DNA of 61,498 nucleotides, filler included, from Deltaproteobacteria bacterium (GTDB lineage Bacteria; JACQOV01): NCBI GenBank assembly GCA_016202395.1. It is 4 parts of 4 records of this genome, joined end to end, with 100 filler letters (N's around TTAATTAATTAA, not from the genome) between each part and the next. Parts side by side here need not be neighbours in the genome. Positions count along the whole stretch, not along the records: positions 56,195 to 61,498 come from JACQOV010000066.1; 3 more parts are not named here. One strand, 5' to 3'. Shown piece by piece: positions 58,363 to 61,498 of this stretch (position 1 is its first letter; each line of letters starts with the position of its first letter). The notes under the pieces were generated by a model. It saw only the letters and a program-made list of their open reading frames with translations, ran no database searches and was not told where the DNA came from. The position numbers and the translations under genes were made by a program.

Positions 58363-59829
58363 ATGCCCTACAAGAAGATTGCCAAGCCATTTAATCGACT
58401 TTTGTTTCTGCTTTTAACGATCTTGCTCCTTACAATCACGATTCAAGCGGCCACTTCCATGGATACCGATGTAAAAACCGTCCCCTTATTTACTCCACTG
58501 AGCTTAAGAGACTCTTCCCTTTCAGCCCGGCAAAGGCAATGGATTGAAGATATAGAGCAATGGCCGATGGTAAAGCGCATAGAGATCGTAAGGATTAACT
58601 TCGATGCTCTTAATGATGACTTAGTCCTGATCAATCTTTTCAGTGAGAAGGAATGGATAGCTACTAAAGAAAAGGTTGAGGAAAGAAAAAAAGGCGAGTT
58701 CACTTGGCATGGGAAAATATTTGAAGAGGGAAGCCAAGTGATTTTGACGAGGCGTGGTGAAAATCTTATAGGAAGCATCTGGATCGAAAATGAGTTCTAT
58801 GCCCTCAAACCACTAGGGCAAGGGGTTGCGGCTATCCTTGAAATAGATTCAGAAAAGTTCCTTAAAGATTTTGAAGATTATTCTCCTGAGCAAGAGGATT
58901 CTCGCATGTCATCTCAACTGGCTGGAGATGACGGAAGCGAGATGCGAGTCCTCATTGCCTATACAAACGCGGCTGTAGGGCGTCTAGCTGATATCACTTT
59001 GGAAAGTCAGCAGTTAATCGATTACAGCAATAGTACTTACTCCAACAGTGCCGTTAAGCCCCGATTGAGACTCGCTTATGTGACGAGGGCGGATTACACC
59101 GAATCCGATTCCTTTTCTACAGATTTGGATCGCCTGGCAAACCCAAGTGACGGTTACATGGATGTGATCCATGATCTGAGAGACGGCTCTGGCGGCGACT
59201 TTGTCGTACTGATTATTAATGATCCTCATCCAGAATATTGCGGTATTGCAAAGGATATCTATGCCGAGGAGCATCAAGCTTTTGCCGTCGTTGATTATCG
59301 ATGTCTCCTCAACAACACATTTTCTCACGAAATCGGTCACCTCCAAGGAGCGCGACATGATGAATACGTTGATCCTTCTGACGCACCCTTCGCCTATGGA
59401 CATGGGTACAGCCATCCGGACCGCTCGATCCCTGCGGATAGCTGGAGAACCGTAATGTCCTACCCTGACGCCTGTACAGCCGCGGGAACCACCTGCACGT
59501 GGCTCCCCTATTGGTCTAATCCGGATATCACTTATCGAGGAAATCCCATGGGCACCGAGTCAACGAACAATAACGCCCGCGTGTTGAATGAAACAGCCCC
59601 AACCATGGCCAACTTCCGTGTGCTTCCTAACGATATCTATTGGACCGTCTATGCCTATTTTGATGGACAAGAGTCTGTTCTTGCCGCGAAAAATTCTGTG
59701 ACTATCGATGGTGGCATAGGCCTTGTCTTCAGTGGCGCAAAGGCTACGATTGAAGCCCCCACGGTAACTCTCAAGGGAGAATTTAAGGCGGAGAACGGCT
59801 CAGAATTCCACGCTCATGCAGGTTATTAA
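58363..59829 (+). CDS. M12 (reprolysin-like) zinc metalloprotease, secreted
   Basis: Signal peptide, prodomain, HEIGHLQGARH zinc motif, Met-turn TVMSY, YWSNP, NNARVLN. Confidence 0.85.
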   Translation: MPYKKIAKPFNRLLFLLLTILLLTITIQAATSMDTDVKTVPLFTPLSLRDSSLSARQRQWIEDIEQWPMVKRIEIVRINFDALNDDLVLINLFSEKEWIATKEKVEERKKGEFTWHGKIFEEGSQVILTRRGENLIGSIWIENEFYALKPLGQGVAAILEIDSEKFLKDFEDYSPEQEDSRMSSQLAGDDGSEMRVLIAYTNAAVGRLADITLESQQLIDYSNSTYSNSAVKPRLRLAYVTRADYTESDSFSTDLDRLANPSDGYMDVIHDLRDGSGGDFVVLIINDPHPEYCGIAKDIYAEEHQAFAVVDYRCLLNNTFSHEIGHLQGARHDEYVDPSDAPFAYGHGYSHPDRSIPADSWRTVMSYPDACTAAGTTCTWLPYWSNPDITYRGNPMGTESTNNNARVLNETAPTMANFRVLPNDIYWTVYAYFDGQESVLAAKNSVTIDGGIGLVFSGAKATIEAPTVTLKGEFKAENGSEFHAHAGY

Positions 59830-59864
59830 CACAGGGGGCTGAAAGCTCGAATACAGGGCCAGGC

Positions 59865-59893
59865 TTTACATATTATGAATTATGATATATGAT
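59865..59893 (+). promoter_or_regulatory. putative sigma70 promoter of the antitoxin-mazF pair with TATGA direct repeats
   Basis: TTTACA-N17-TATGAT; ATG follows 7 nt after the -10; TATGA at 59874, 59881, 59888 and 59900. Confidence 0.55.
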
Positions 59894-59900
59894 TTAAACT

Positions 59901-60128
59901 ATGAGAATGACGTTTAATATCATGGATACGATCGCGAAAGAATTCTTGGCTCTAGTGCCTAACCGGCAAAGGTCTCGGCTTGTTTCGGAGTTGATCCAGC
60001 AGGCCTTAGAACACAAAAAAGAGAACATTATTGAAGCCTGCAAAAAGGCCAATAAGGACGGGGAATCCACCCGATTGATTGAGGAGTGGCAGGGCTTCGA
60101 CGAACCCGCGGATGGAGATTGGAGTTGA
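59901..60128 (+). CDS. putative antitoxin (RHH-like)
   Basis: MRMTFNI strand + RSRLVSELIQQAL helix, acidic EEW...DGDW tail; overlaps the toxin start. Confidence 0.7.
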   Translation: MRMTFNIMDTIAKEFLALVPNRQRSRLVSELIQQALEHKKENIIEACKKANKDGESTRLIEEWQGFDEPADGDWS

Positions 60129-60460
60129 GCAAAAACTTTCCACACCGAGGAGACATCTGGTGGGTCGCTTTGGATCCGGCCTTAGGAGCGGAGATTAAGA
60201 AAACGCGCCCCTGTTTGATCCTCTCTATGGATGAGGTCAATCAATACCGAAGGACCGTCCTGGCAGTTCCTTTATCGTCGTCCGCTAAAGAGAATCCGCC
60301 CCTTACCGTCAAAATCAGATGCCAAGGGAAAACAGGGATTGCTATTGTGGATCAACTCAGAGCCATATCCAAAGAAAGGCTCCGAAGTTTCATTGAAGAA
60401 GCAGATCCTGCGGAGATCGAGAGAGTGACAGAAGCCTTGGCAACAATCGTTGAGGCTTAA
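60125..60460 (+). CDS. PemK/MazF-family toxin
   Basis: RGDIWWVALDPALGAEIKKTRPCLILS, VPLSS, DQLRAISKERL; TTG start overlapping the antitoxin stop (TTGA). Confidence 0.9.
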   Translation: MSKNFPHRGDIWWVALDPALGAEIKKTRPCLILSMDEVNQYRRTVLAVPLSSSAKENPPLTVKIRCQGKTGIAIVDQLRAISKERLRSFIEEADPAEIERVTEALATIVEA

Positions 60461-61434
60461 CTTGAATCCTGTCCAAAAACCATCCCTGAAGGAATAGGGT
60501 GGCCGCGGAGGAAATCTTTGGCGGACATGCGACGGCCCCCTTCGAGCTGAAGTTCTTCAATGGCAACGACTCCATCGGGGGTGGCCACATGCAAAAGATC
60601 TCCGGCTGTAGAGAGGACGACACCCGGTCCTCCTCTGGGGACACAATGCTTATTTTGGTTCGAAATAAGTATCGTGTCCCCAAATTTAGCCTTCCAAATC
60701 TTGCATAGCTTCCCTTCAAATGGGGTGTAAGCTCCGGGCCATGGGTTGAACGCGCGAACTTTCCGAATAATCTTTTCAGTCGACTCTGACCAATCGATCT
60801 TTCCGTCCCCTTTTTTAAGGAGAGGGATGATCACCGCCTTAGAAGAGTCCTGCGGAACGGGAACAAGTTTTCCCATTTTTAACAACTGGATCGTTTCTAT
60901 CAACATCTGGGCTCCAAGTTTCGAAAGACGCTCTTCCAGTGTGGATGTGGTGTCATTAGGAAATATCGCCTCTTCTTTCTGCATCAAAATATCCCCCGCG
61001 TCCATCTGCTCGTTGAGTTTCATGATCGTGACACCGGTTTTGGCATCTCCATTCAAAATAGCCCACGGGATGGGGGCGGCGCCGCGATACTTGGGAAGCA
61101 AAGAGGGATGGATATTGATGCAACCGAAGCGGGCAAGATCTAGAATCTCCTTGGGAAGGATCATTCCGTAGGCAGCCACCACGATCAGATCGGGTTTCAG
61201 CTTTTTTAAAGACTCCAAAAATTCTAAATTCTTCCGGATTTTTTCAGGCTGAAAAACAGGGATGCGATCTCTCTCTGCAACCACCTTTACCGGCGGGGAC
61301 TGAATCTTTTGGCCTCTCCCCTTGGGCCGATCCGGTTGAGTGACAACAGCGATAACGGAATCGCCCGAGGCCCCTAAAGCCTCTAAGGCGGGAACGGCGA
61401 ACTGCGGTGTTCCCATGAAGACAACTCTTAGCAT
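60457..61434 (-). CDS. fmt: methionyl-tRNA formyltransferase
   Basis: FMGTPQFA, TQPDRPKGRG, NIHPSLLPKYRGAAPI, MDAGD, RAFNPWPGA. Confidence 0.96.
   Translation of the reverse strand: MLRVVFMGTPQFAVPALEALGASGDSVIAVVTQPDRPKGRGQKIQSPPVKVVAERDRIPVFQPEKIRKNLEFLESLKKLKPDLIVVAAYGMILPKEILDLARFGCINIHPSLLPKYRGAAPIPWAILNGDAKTGVTIMKLNEQMDAGDILMQKEEAIFPNDTTSTLEERLSKLGAQMLIETIQLLKMGKLVPVPQDSSKAVIIPLLKKGDGKIDWSESTEKIIRKVRAFNPWPGAYTPFEGKLCKIWKAKFGDTILISNQNKHCVPRGGPGVVLSTAGDLLHVATPDGVVAIEELQLEGGRRMSAKDFLRGHPIPSGMVFGQDSS
60636..60682. repeat. GGGGACAC...GTGTCCCC palindrome inside the fmt coding sequence
   Basis: TGGGGACACAATGCTTATTT-N7-AAATAAGTATCGTGTCCCCA, a 20-bp stem with 2 mismatches. Confidence 0.75.
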
Positions 61435-61448
61435 ATAGCGAATAGCAC

Positions 61449-61498
61449 AGAGGATGGGGTCAGCGTTACTTAAAAACTTAAAACTGACCCCATCCTCT
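61449..61498. repeat. GGGGTCAG...CTGACCCC palindromic element upstream of fmt
   Basis: Perfect 15-bp inverted repeat AGAGGATGGGGTCAG/CTGACCCCATCCTCT; loop sequence shared with 26004-26027. Confidence 0.72.

Noticed and set aside
1..61498. CRISPR array, tRNA, rRNA, transposase or integrase
   Set aside because: No regularly spaced direct repeats, cloverleaf motifs or recombinase/transposase motifs were recognised by eye. Dedicated scans could still find weak cases.

Overview
Bacterial metagenome-style sequence, probably from a deltaproteobacterial lineage. That is an inference from a MYXO-CTERM-like anchor, a TIGR02266-like PilZ protein, a CxxxY-type CcmE and the lon-hsp20 pairing. The window is four contigs joined by three artificial 100-bp linkers (44 N + TTAATTAATTAA + 44 N) at 27111-27210, 37488-37587 and 56095-56194, so adjacency across these points is not biological. 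Housekeeping content: mreD-mrdA-rodA, trxA, thiL, lon, hsp20, LpoA-like lipoprotein, ArnT-like GT, Mrp, gltBD with an Lrp regulator, RidA, propionyl-CoA carboxylase plus methylmalonyl-CoA mutase, trpS, pal, thiOSGE, hrcA-grpE-dnaJ with a CIRCE, and fmt. The best candidate for an undescribed system is five 'mini-Rhs' genes. Each encodes a Sec-type signal peptide fused directly to an isolated Rhs-associated core (intact autoprotease motifs in the four complete copies). They have no YD shell, PAAR or immunity gene, and carry variable cargoes: a degenerate ParB-like domain, hydrophobic helices, or a triple helix-turn-helix array. Also present: a porin + 9-heme + 8-heme lipoprotein cytochrome conduit, a sigma54-driven operon of two phage-fibre-like secreted proteins plus an M12 protease, three type II TA modules, and several palindromic REP/MITE-like families, some inserted in frame in fmt and in the Rhs cores. 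No tRNA, rRNA, CRISPR array or transposase was recognised. All family assignments come from motif recognition by eye, not from database searches.
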